Positions 12,424 to 23,928 of a DNA stretch of 64,000 bases are shown here, piece after piece; the stretch's first letter is position 1, and each line of letters starts with the position of its first letter. The position numbers and the translations under genes are program-made. Under the pieces are notes generated by a model. The model searched no databases. It was not told the origin of the DNA and saw nothing but the letters and a program-made list of their open reading frames with translations. This DNA is from Isurus oxyrinchus (taxonomy: Eukaryota). Location of the stretch: positions 17,546,001 through 17,610,000 of the forward strand of contig JANJGN010000010.1 in assembly GCA_026770705.1 (NCBI GenBank). The letters are read 5' to 3'.

Positions 12424-13013
12424 ACTTGAATGACAGAGTTTTGAGGGCTGCAGTTTCCTTTGAGTTAGACACCACAAAAGCTTACGCTTCCAGGAGTGAA
12501 GAGCTGCTGGGAGGGGAAGAAGACAAAAACTGAAGAGGTGGGAATCATGACATTTATCAAAAAGTCAGCACCAGCAACACATCAGGGGGTTGGGGAAGAT
12601 TGTGGGAGCATCGAAGAAAGTAACCGAGAAGAGATTGAAGTATGGTCATCTATTACAGAAAGAGAGAAGAAACGTGGTGAGGTAAGTGATGGAGACGGGA
12701 TTGCCAGGAAGGAGGAGAAGAGGAAGGCCTAAGCCCTGATGGATAGATGTGGTGGTGAGAGACTTCAACACAAGTGGTATTGGAAGAGGAATGCGTGACT
12801 GATAGGAGGAGGGTGATCAACTGCATTGCAGTGACCCCAAATAAAATGGAAGGAGCGAGGGCGGGGGCAAGGGAGNNNNNNNNNNNNNNNNNNNNNNNNN
12901 NNNNNNNNNNNNNNNNNNNNNNNNNNNNNNNNNNNNNNNNNNNNNNNNNNNNNNNNNNNNNNNNNNNNNNNNNNNNNNNNNNNNNNNNNNNNNNNNNNNN
13001 NNNNNNNNNNNNN

Positions 13014-13105
13014 NGGAGGGAGACAGGAAGGCAGGAAGGGATGGAGAAAAGAAGGATGGAAGGAAGGGAGAGAGGAAAGAAGGGAGGAAGTGAGGAAGGA
13101 AGGGA
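13014..13105 (+). repeat. Purine-rich (GGAA/GGGA)n low-complexity tract; similar tract at 14770-14882
   Basis: Direct inspection; both lie next to N gaps. Confidence 0.85.
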
Positions 13106-14549
13106 GAACATAAGAACATAAGAAATAGGAGCAGGAGTAGCTCAAGCCTGCCCCACCATTCAATAAGATCATGGCTGATCTTCCCCAGATCTCAACTCCT
13201 CTTTCATGCCAGCTCCTCATAACCCAATATTTCAAAAATCTATCTACCTCCTCTTTAAATACTTTCAGTACTACCTCCACAACTCTCTGGGGTAGAAAAT
13301 TCCAGACATTCACTACTCTCTGATAGAAGAAATTCCTTCGCATCTCAGTTTTAAATGAGTGCTCCTTTATTCTGTAACTATGTTCCTTAGTTCGAGATTC
13401 CCTCACTAATGGAAACAACTTCTCGCCACTTACCCTGTCAAGCCCCCTCAGAATCTTGTACATTTCAATAGATTACCCCTCATTCTCCTAAACTCTAATG
13501 AATAAAGGCCTAACCTGTTTAGCTGTTCTTGATAAGTCAACTCCTTCATCCCAGGAATCAGGCTAGTGAATCTCTTTTGAACTGTCTCTAATGCCAGTTT
13601 ATCCTTTATTAAATACAGGGACCAAAACTATACACAGTACTCCAGGTGTGGCCTCACCTACACCCTGTACAGTTGTAACAAGTCTTCCCTATTTTTAAAC
13701 TCCAACCCCCTAGCAATACAGGCCAAAATCCCCATTTGCCTTCTTAATTGCTTGCTGCACCTGCATGCTTTTTGTGTTTCATGCACAAGAGCACTCAGAT
13801 CCCCCTGTGCTGCACTTTTTTTGGAGTCTCTCTCCATTTAAATAATAGTCTGCCTTTTGATTTTTCCTACCAAATTGCATGACTTCACACTTCCTGCATT
13901 AAATTCCATCTGCCAAGTTTTTACCCACTCACTCAACCTATCTATATCCCCATGCAGATTCCTTATGTCCTCAGCACAACATGCCCTCCCATCTATTTTT
14001 GTATCATCAGCAAATTTGGATACATTACACTCTGCCCCCTCCTCCAAGTAGTAAATAATTGAGGCCCTGGGACTGATCCTTGAGGCACTCCACTAGTTAC
14101 GCCTTTCCAACCTGAAAAAGACCCATTAATCCCAACTCTCTGTCTGCTATGTGTTAAGCAATCCTCAAACCATGCTAATACATTACCTCCAATACTGTGA
14201 ACTCCTATCTTGTGCAATAACCTTTTATGTGGCACCGTAATGAATGCCTTCTGAAAATCCAAAAACATTACATCTACTGGGTCCCCTTTATCAACTCTGC
14301 TTGTTATACCCTCAAAGAACTCCAGCAAATTTGTTCAAACATGATTTCCCCTTTCACAAAACCATGTTGACTCTGTTTGATTGTGTTAAGCTTTTCTAAA
14401 TGTCCTGCCATTTCTTCTTTAACTCAAGCATTTTCCCAACAACATGCTAGGCTGACTGGCCTATAGTTTCCTGCTTTTTTGTCTTCCTCCCTTCTTGAAC
14501 AGGGGCATCACATTAGCTGCTTCCCAATCTGCTGGGAACCTCCTGGAAT
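13106..14549 (-). mobile_element. CR1 LINE ORF2 (RT) and 3' end, truncated by N gap
   Basis: LEFFEGITSRVDKGDPVDVMFLDFQKAF..VPHKRLL, GVPQGSVPGPQLF, SKFADDTK; (TTCTTATG)n tail at 13106-13122. Confidence 0.92.
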
Positions 14550-14899
14550 NNNNNNNNNNNNNNNNNNNNNNNNNNNNNNNNNNNNNNNNNNNNNNNNNNN
14601 NNNNNNNNNNNNNNNNNNNNNNNNNNNNNNNNNNNNNNNNNNNNNNNNNNNNNNNNNNNNNNNNNNNNNNNNNNNNNNNNNNNNNNNNNNNNNNNNNNNN
14701 NNNNNNNNNNNNNNNNNAAAAGTAAAAAGTGGAAAATAAGAGCACCGGTCTGAACTGTTCTTTCCTTCAGTGAAGGGAGGCAGAGAGGAAGGATGGAAGG
14801 AAGGGAGGGAGAGTGGATGGAAAGAAGGGAGAGGGAGGGAAAAGGAAGGGAGAGGGAGGAAAGGGAGGAAAGGGAGGAAAAGTGTAAACAAATAACATA

Positions 14900-15424
14900 G
14901 GTTGGAATTTTGTGCAAGTGGCAGGACTGAAAGCAGGGGGTGCAGCCCTGCGTCTGTAAGCAGGACTACATTTTACCAGTGGCAGCGAATTAAGAGGCTG
15001 CCATCAAGACTGCCGTCCTATTAAGGATGGCAACCCACCCCCCAAGAGGCCCCCTCTGATTGGGCTGGCAGCTCAGCAACCTCAGAAGCATCACTACCAG
15101 TGGTGGCCACTGCTGGGGCTGTACCTGAAGGAAGAGGATGCATCGATGGACATGAAACCCTCAAAGTAAGGTCAGTGGGATCTTGGGGCTCCGGGGCCTG
15201 TCAGACACACCTCATGGAGCGGTGCCGCCTGAGGGCATATGGCACCAATGCTGCAGGGGTAGCCATCGCCATCATTAACGCCCTTCATAGGTTATAAAGT
15301 GCCCAAAAAGCAGGGCCCCTTCCTGGAGACCGCTGGGAGGCTGCCAGGCTTTACCTGCGTTTACCTGTTAATGTGTCCACGTGGTGGACAGTTCTCCCAA
15401 CACTGGCTCTGTAAAATTCCGACC
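14900..15424. mobile_element. Harbinger-type MITE
   Basis: TIR GGTTGGAATTTT / AAAATTCCGACC with exact 3-bp TSD ata. Confidence 0.75.
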
Positions 15425-17034
15425 ATAGACTCATCTTGCTTATTCATCATTGCTGCTGTTTAATGTGTTCCAACCACAATTAGTTCAGGTATTTATACAG
15501 CAATGACTAAGCAAAATAACACTCCAAATAAATACAGATGGCCAAGGGTATAACAACATGAATTCACAGTTTATCTCTGCAGCCATCATCTAAACAAATG
15601 TATCCTCAAGCTCTCAAAGGGGGAGTGAACCATACAGACTTTGAATGAGCCAAGGGAATATTTGATCTCTACTTTTGGCATGCTCATTATGTAACATGCA
15701 ATAGTCACATCATCAGCTTTGCTTGCTCTTCATGGTTTTCAAACCAAATTAATTTTCATTGACATCAACTCATTTGGAGAATTCCAAATCTGAAGAGGAT
15801 GTTGACCTTTAGTAGCTGCAATAGCAGATAATTACTTAGTGCATTGATTATGCACCCTGGTTTCTCTTTTTGTATCCATTCTAAGGATTACGTTCACATC
15901 TAGTGACATTGGCATCAACAGATAAGAGTGACTCAGGTGAGATTGGATTACGTCTTGCAGATGAGTCCACATTCCCCACCACTCACGATCCAACCAATGT
16001 CACCAAGGGTACAAAAGCCTATGTCAGTTGCACACATAACAGCTCCCTTCTCTATCATTGATATTCATGAGTAAACACAGCTTGACTGTGCTCTTAAATG
16101 TCAGTGTGCAGATAGAACGCTTCAACCTTCTGTTTCTCCACGACATGTGGAATTGGCTTTCAAAGTTTAGTTTCAATTTTAGTAATTTTTTAAAGTTAAT
16201 TTTGGGTTGTTTCAAAAGTTATAGGTCACTCACTTCTCATCGTTGAACTTTTTCTGAGGTGATGGCATTTGTTTTGTTTATTTACAGTGCCATACGGTCA
16301 GTTAGTTAGATAGACCATTGAACCCTACTTCACCAGTTTCCAGATGCTCTATTGACACTGTCATTTCATTTTTTTTTTAGCAATTTTTGGTGCAAAAGTA
16401 ATAGGGTCTGAGGGGTGAAGGAATAAAACCCGCTCGTCACAACCTCTAGCAACTGCTGGACCATTGTCTTCAACTTTGGCAAGCATAACTCTGGGTGAAG
16501 CTTATGGATAAGTACCATCCTCATTCTGCATAGTCCATATGCGAGTCCAGTCCCCACACCAATATGATTGGCTTTTACCTTTCTCTGAAGTGACCTAGCA
16601 AGTCAATTACATCATTGCCTTCTCATTGGGCAATAAATGCTGACCATGCCATCAGCACCCAGAAAATGAATTTTTAAAGAACTATGAGAATCCGGATTTT
16701 TGGGGGCATAATGCAACCTACAATCTGGCCTTCTGTCTCAGTTGTTCAAGCTTGTGTTAAACTCACATTAACAGGGTTTTCCCTTTGGGCACAATTGGCA
16801 ATTCCAGCTCAAGTTTTGCCCTGGTTGAAAAGTGTTTCTTTTCTTTTCAAGCTCCCACCTAAATTCATTGCATGTCACCAAACAAAAAAAAATCAAACCA
16901 TGAACCATTGGAATTGGACAACTTTTTAAATTGTGCTTTAAAAGGTATTCCTTGATACATTTAAGAGTGACATCTTGGGGCTGGATTTTTGCAGAGTCAG
17001 GCCTATTCCAGAGGCCTTTAAAAATGATGGATGG

Positions 17035-17335
17035 GACTGGCATGCACAAGTCCCATTCCTAGTTCGGAGGGTCTAGAGAAACTGGAATTGTTCTCCTTAA
17101 AGCAGAGGAGGTTAAAGGGGGAATTTGATAGAGGTGTTTCCAAAAATCTGAAGGATTTTGATACAGTAAATAGGGATAAACTGTACCCACTGGCAGCTGG
17201 GTTGGTAACCAGGGGACCCAGTTTTAAGATAATTAGCAAAGGAACAAGAGGGGAGATGGGAATATATTTTACATAGCGATTGCTATGATCTGAAATGCAC
17301 AAAGCAGAACGTAACATTCAAAAGTGAATTGAATT
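17035..17335 (+). mobile_element. CR1 LINE 3' fragment
   Basis: LEKLELFSLKQRRLKG...VNRDKLYPL...TRG is the CR1 ORF2 C-terminus. Confidence 0.75.
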
Positions 17336-17502
17336 TATTCAGAAATTCTGTCACCCTCAGTATTCAGTGGGAGTAAGCACAATTGGCTATTGTTTAATAG
17401 GTGGATATCAGTTTACTGAATCAGGCAGCAGAAGGCATTCTGTGAATCACAACTGTTTTATTGTTAAACTATAGTTTACGACAAATACCAGTTCCCACTC
17501 TC

Positions 17503-19990
17503 AAAAACAGAATTACCTGGAAAAACTCAGCAAGTCTGGCAGCATCGGCGGAGAAGAAGAGTTGACCGTTTCGAGTCCTCATGACCCTTCAACAGAACTG
17601 ATTTTTCTTTACAATGAGAGGGGGTGAAATATAAGCTGGTTTAAGGTGTTGTAGGGACAAGCAAGCAGTGATAGGAGCAGATCATCAAAAGATGTCACAG
17701 ACAAAGGAACAAAAGAACACAGAGGTGTTGAAGTTGGTGATATTATCTAAACGAATGTGCTAATTAAGAATGGATGGTAGGGACTCAAGGTATAGCTCTA
17801 GTGGGGGTGGGGNNNNNNNNNNNNNNNNNNNNNNNNNNNNNNNNNNNNNNNNNNNNNNNNNNNNNNNNNNNNNNNNNNNNNNNNNNNNNNNNNNNNNNNN
17901 NNNNNNNNNNNNCCCCTCTCTCCCCACCCCACCCCTCTCTCCCCACCCCTCTCTCCCCACCCCACCCCTCTCTCCCCCACCCCTCTCTCCCCACCCCACC
18001 CCTCTCTCCCCCACCCCTCTCTCCCCACCCCACCCCTCTCTCCCCACCCCTCTCTCCCCACCCCACCCCCTCTCTCCCCACCCCTCTCTCCCCACCCCAC
18101 CCCTCTCTCCCCACCCCTCTCCCCCACCCCACCCCCTCTCACCCCACCCCCTCTCCCCCCACCCCCACCCCTCTCTCCCCACCCCTCTCTCCCCACCCCA
18201 CCCCTCTCTCCCCACCCCTCTCTCCCCACCCCACCCCCTCTCTCCCCACCCCTCTCTCCCCACCCCACCCCTCTCTCCCCACCCCCTCTCCCACCCCACC
18301 CTCCCCACCCCTCTCTCCCCACCCCACCCCTCTCTCCCCACCCCTCTCTCCCCACCCCACCCCTCTCCCCCCTCTCTCCCCACCCCTCTCTCCCCACCCC
18401 ACCCCTCTCTCCCCACCCCTCTCTCCCACCCCACCCCTCTCTCCCCACCCCTCTCTCCCCACCCCACCCCTCTCTCCCCACCCCTCTCTCCCCACCCCAC
18501 CCCTCTCTCCCCACCCCTCTCTCCCCACCCCTCTCTCCCCCCACCCCTCTCTCCCCACCCCACCCCTCTCTCCCCACCCCTCTCCCCACCCCTCTCTCCC
18601 CACCCCTCTCTCCCCACCCCTCTCTCCCCACCCCTCTCTCCCCACCCCTCTCTCCCCCACCCCTCTCTCCCCACCCCACCCCTCTCCCCACCCCTCTCTC
18701 CCCACCCCTCTCTCCCCACCCCTCTCTCCCCACCCCACCCCTCCCCCCCCACCCCCACCCCTCTCTCCCCACCCCTCTCTCCCCACCCCACCCCTCTCTC
18801 CCCACCCCTCCCCCCCCACCCCCCACCCCTCTCTCCCCACCCCTCTCTCCCCACCCCACCCCTCTCTCCCCACCCCTCTCTCCCCACCCCTCTCTCCCCA
18901 CCCCACCCCTCTCTCCCCACCCCACCCCTCTCTCCCCACCCCTCTCTCCCCACCCCACCCCTCTCTCCCCACCCCACCCCTCTCTCCCCACCCCACCCCT
19001 CCCCCACCCCTCCCCCACCCCTCTCTCCCCACCCCACCCCTCCCCCACCCCACCCCCTCCCCCACCCCACCCCTCCCCCATCCCTCTCTCCCCCACCCCT
19101 CTCTCCCCACCCCTCTCTCCCCCACCCCTCCCCCACCCCTCTCTCCCCCACCCCTCTCTCCCCCCACCCCACCCCCCCCCCCCACCCCTCTCTCCCCCAC
19201 CCCACCCCCCCCCACCCCTCTCTCCCCCACCCCACCCCCCCCCCACCCCTCTCTCCCCCACCCCACCCCCCCCCCACCCCTCTCTCCCCCACCCCACCCC
19301 CCCCCCACCCCTCTCTCCCCCNNNNNNNNNNNNNNNNNNNNNNNNNNNNNNNNNNNNNNNNNNNNNNNNNNNNNNNNNNNNNNNNNNNNNNNNNNNNNNN
19401 NNNNNNNNNNNNNNNNNNNNNNNNNNNNNNNNNNNNNNNNNNNNNNNNNNNNNNNNNNNNNNNNNNNNNNNNNNNNNNNNNNNNNNNNNNNNNNNNNNNN
19501 NNNNNCCCTCTCTCCCCACCCCACCCCTCTCTCCCCCACCCCACCCCTCTCTCCCCCACCCCTCTCTCCCCACCCCACCCCTCCCCCACGCCTCTCTCCC
19601 CACCCAACCCCTCCCCCACCCCCTCTCTCCCCCACCCCACCCCTCCCCCTCTCTCCCCCAACCCTCCCCTCCCCCCACCCCATCCCTCTCTCCCCCACTC
19701 CACCCCTCTCTCCCCCACCCATCTCACCCCCACTCCACCCCTCTCTCCCCCACCCATCTCACCCCCACTCCACCCCTCTCTCCCCCACCCATCTCACCCC
19801 CACCCCCCCTTAAACCAGCTTATATTTCACCCCTCTCATTGTAAAGAAAAATCAGTTCTGTTGAAGGGTCATGAGGACTCGAAACGACAACTCTTTTCTT
19901 CTCCGCCGATGCTGCCAGACCTGCTGAGTTTTTCCAGGTAATTCTGTTTTTGTTTTGGATTTCCAGCATCCGCACTTTTTTGTTTTTATC
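17503..19990 (+). mobile_element. Penelope-like insertion with inverted 5' arm and internal C-rich satellite
   Basis: Left arm 17503-17646 is the reverse complement of 19808-19951; tail 19953-19990; 15-bp TSD ccagttcccactctc at 17488-17502 and 19991-20005; ends near-identical to 12178-12423. Confidence 0.85.
17912..19808. repeat. C-rich minisatellite, (CCCCA)1-2CCCCTCTCT units
   Basis: Direct inspection; preceded by an N gap and interrupted by another at 19322-19505. Source of the long Pro-rich and Gly-rich pseudo-ORFs. Confidence 0.95.
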
Positions 19991-20839
19991 CCAGTTCCCA
20001 CTCTCCCCTTCTTGATCCTTTTCCTGTCCAGAATCAAAAACTCTCTTATGGGTTTGGGCGGTGTGGGGGAACCTAGCTCTTAAGTACAGGTTTCAATGAG
20101 TATCACCTGCTCTCAATTCACTCTGAAGCCTGGTCTTGGTTTACTCTTAAAAGGTACCTGCATTTCTAACATCGTCAGCAAAGTCCATTATTTTAAAATA
20201 CAAATTTGTGGTTAACAAATCTTTAACAATTTAACTTCAGCAGAAAACCTAGGTAACTCATGGGGGTTTTGATGAAGACAGTTTTATGGAGCTGTATTCC
20301 TTGAAACATTAGAACTGGCTTAATTTCAAGTTTGGGATTCCCTCAAGAAAGTTGCATATATTAATGTAATTGCTACTGCTCTAAAACTGTTTTTTCTTTC
20401 AAATGAATATGCTCGTCTGCCTTAATTACAAGAACTCATTATTTTGTCCTTACTTTTGTAGGCTAAATATCTGCAATATGAAACAAAAAATTGACAGGGC
20501 TTCAACAGATCCATCTCATTATTGAGAATATTAAGTTCATAAAGATTATTTTCTCTCAAATATCATTGCAGTTAAATCTCCCCTGGCTGGTAAAAAAGAT
20601 TTTCATAGAAGCTGGAACTTTTATTATGTGGTTGTACTAACTGGATTTTACATGATGGACTCTTTCTGCTTTGCTACATCAGCTCTGTGATGTGCATATT
20701 CCAAGGGCCCAACGTGATGCCAAACTAGTAATGATATAAAATCTCTAAATCCATGTATGCCATACGTGGTAGTAAAGTGACTTGATGGAATATGTTTTTG
20801 GAGCTCAAGTTATTGGACTTGTTCCTAGAGGTAGGTTGT

Positions 20840-21170
20840 ATTAAGAACATCAGAACAGGAGTAGGCTATTCAGCTCTTTGAGCCTGTTGTGTCAATTAGA
20901 TCGTGGCTGATCTGTGTCTTCATGCCATCTAACCATCTTGGTTCTGTAACCCTCAATATTGTAAAAAGGAGAATACATTTTCAACATAAGTAACAAAACC
21001 AGTGAAGCTGGTTCATGTTCTTTTACTCTACAATTAGAATGTTAAAGGTTATCGGGGTTAGGCAGAATGTGACATTGAGGCCTGAATCAGATCAGCCCTG
21101 ATCTTACTGAATGGCTGAGGAGGCTCAAAGGGCCAAATGGACTACTCCTGCTCCTAACTTGTATGTTCAT
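20840..21170. mobile_element. Two short CR1 3' fragments in opposite orientation
   Basis: taagaacatcagaacaggagtaggctattcagc (minus-strand tail) and gatcagccctgatcttactgaatgg...actcctgctcctaac (plus-strand tail). Confidence 0.6.
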
Positions 21171-22249
21171 AATTTCTTCAATTTTCCCATGGTCTAAACC
21201 TTCAGCCACTGGCACTGCCTCATCTTGTCTTGTCTAATTGATTCAGAAAAACACAGGTTTTCAATTCAGAAAATATCAAAGGTATCAAGGAAAAGGTGCA
21301 TCATTTATGTTGAAAGTCAACAGCTACTGCTTTCCTATGATCAATCTAATGTTTCTTCTAGGTGTAAACTGAAGGTCAATGTCCTGAGAAGTAGTCAGCT
21401 GCACACTTAGAACAGGAGCCTCTTGAGGTTGAAGTAGCCTTCATCTCATGACTGCAGTAATCTGGGAAATACCCCAAGGGTTGTATTTCTTGGGTGACCA
21501 CCTGGCTTTGCTTCATGCCTGATCAGTGGTCACTCTGACCCTGTGTCCCATGCCAGTGGCACTTAATGGTCCTCTCTCGCTAGATAGCAAGACAGTAGGA
21601 CATACCACGCTTTCTCTCATGTGAATTGCTTATGTCTACTAATTTGATCTGCCAGAGCAAAAATCTCTGAGTAAATGAAAAGGAGAGGGCAATTGCCTCA
21701 ATTAACAAGAGAAATTGGTCTTGGCCAGAGTTAGAGGGACCAGGCATTTCAGCATCATGAAAATCCTTCTCCTCTTGTAGGCCTTTTAGCTGAAATTAGT
21801 CTATGTAAGAAGAAGAAATGAACTAATAATGGTTATTCACCACCTAAACAGAGTGACGAGGTAGTGATAACAAGTTTCTGGACTTTTGTGGCACCAAACT
21901 TCACTAATGAGCTCCAGGAATTTCAAGCCTCTTACTCATCTACAGTTGGCACAGACCTGTTGAACTCTGTGTCCCACTTTCCCATTACTTTCTCATTTGC
22001 GCTAAAATGCCCTCAAGGTCTACTTGCGAAAAACTGTGCACTTTGTGCTTCGACCTTCTGAGTGTCAAAAAATAGGCTTTCAGCTGCTGCCACATTCGAT
22101 GATGAAGCTGCCTTGGTAAGCATTCAGTGCAGTTCAACTTGCTGACAAAAAGCTGGAGCAACAACACTGAGCTGCCGGCATTTAAGGAAGCTGGTGCCAC
22201 CTGCTGTTGCTGCAGGCTTCAAACCCCTCTCCCTCCATTAGTTTTATGT

Positions 22250-22626
22250 GGGGAAGGCAGTGGTGTAGTGGTGAAGTCACTGGGCAAGTAATTTGGAGTT
22301 CTGGGGCTATGGGTTCAAATCCCACCATAGTGGAATTTGAATTCAATTAATAATCTGGAATCAAAAAGTTAGCCTTAATAATGGTGACCATAAAATCATT
22401 GTTGGTTATTGTAAACACTCAACTGGATCACTAATCCTTTTAAGGAAGGAAATCTGCCATACTTGCCTGGTCTAGCCTACATGTGACTCCAAACCCACAG
22501 CAGTGTAGCTGACTCTTAATAGCCCTCTGAAATGGTATGGTAAGCCACTCTGTTCAAGGGCAATTAGGGGTGGGTGACATATGTTAGCCTTGACAGTAAC
22601 ACCCACATCCCATGGAAGAAGAAAAA
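22250..22626 (+). mobile_element. tRNA-derived SINE (LINE head + LINE tail), long-junction variant
   Basis: A box TGGTGTAGTGG 22261-22271, B box GGTTCAAATCC 22312-22322; body matches 56887-56590 (-); tail caagggcaattaggg...catcccatg matches the LINE 3' end. Confidence 0.85.
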
Positions 22627-23064
22627 GCACAATGCAACCTGGAAGAACAGAATCTCCTCTTCTTGCTGGTCACCCTATAGCCTGCTGGTTACAAAAACAA
22701 CTTTAGCAGCTTCAAGCCTCCATATCCCTCACAGCTGTGGGTGGTTCCAATGTCCGGAGAGTCTGTCTGTCAGTATCTGTGGAGCTTAGGGGGATCTTGA
22801 AGTTTTGGTCAGCCATTCTCCATCAAAAGTGTGCTAATGGAGGTTTGCAGCCAGGGATTGGGCCTGTTCTTATTCTCATCTCATGAATAGCATACTCACT
22901 GTGTTCTGGTTACATTTTCTGCTCTGTTTTAATTCCTGGTGTGGTTCAAGCCTTCTTTCCTTTCATTGTTTCTTGATTTCTCGTACTTTTGTTGTGCTCC
23001 TGTGTTTTAACCCTCCCCATTATTTGGGCATTCTTTAGTTATTTCTACATGCCTACCTCATGAA

Positions 23065-23710
23065 TAACAACAACAACTTGTATTTATATGGTGCCTTTAA
23101 TATAGTAAAACATCCCAAGTTGCTTGACAAGTGTTATAAGATGTAAGGAGATATAAGGGCAAATGACCAAAAACTTGTTCAAAGAAGTAGGTTTTATGGC
23201 CTGTCTTAAAAAGTGAGAGGCAGAGGCTTAGCGAAGGAATTCCAGATTTTGACCTATAGGCAACAAAAGAAATGGCCACCATTGGTGCAGTGATTAAAAT
23301 TGGGAATGCTCTAGAGGTTAGCATTGGCAGAGCACAGGGATCTCAGGGGGCTGTGAGGTGGAGGAGATTACAAAGATAAGGAGGAGCAAGGGATTTAAAA
23401 TCAAGGATGAGAATTTTAAATTTGAGGTGTTACTTAACTGGGAATCAATTTAGGTCAGCAAGCACAGGGGTCATGGGTGAATGGGACTTGTTACGCGTGA
23501 GGACAGAGGGGGCAGTGTTTTGGATAAGCTCAAGTTTGTAGAGGACAGAGCTAAGTGACGTCAGCCAAAAGTGCAATAGAATAATCAAGGGTAACGAAGA
23601 CAAAAATGAGTGTTTCAGCATCAGATAACTCTATGTAAGTATGGAGTTGGACAATGTTATGGACTTGGAAATAGACAATCTTAGTGACAGTGCAGGTATG
23701 TGGTAGCGAG
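23065..23710 (-). mobile_element. L2 LINE 3' fragment
   Basis: (GTT)n tail (aacaacaacaacttgtatttatat on +) and similarity to 41765-42478. Confidence 0.75.
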
Positions 23711-23928
23711 AGTTTTTATATCACTTACCCATCCTCCATTAAGCAGTTTTCAAGCTACCTGAAGCATTAATTCCTTTTCCGTGATTGGTTTTGTTGTATT
23801 ATGCCTTTAAGGGATAGCAACATACCATCACTAGAAGGGAAGTGTGTCATGTAATCCAGTCTCAGTGTCACTTTGACCTGTGAGCAGGAAACAGCATAAA
23901 CATCTGTTGCTGATGCCTTCAAGTTTTC

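Noticed and set aside
12057-12475. Matching peptides on both strands (SKTKTELPGKTQQVWQH...), also at 19852 and 63326
   Set aside because: Consequence of the palindromic Penelope-like repeat, not a protein family.
17760-19941. Long ORFs of 527-723 aa, Pro/Ser/His-rich or Gly/Trp/Arg-rich (extensin-like)
   Set aside because: Open in many frames on both strands because the C-rich satellite lacks stop codons and spans N gaps; not a gene.
22250-22330. tRNA gene (A and B boxes); also at 38095, 44425 and 56803-56876
   Set aside because: No cloverleaf or terminator evident; continues into the SINE/LINE body and is multicopy.
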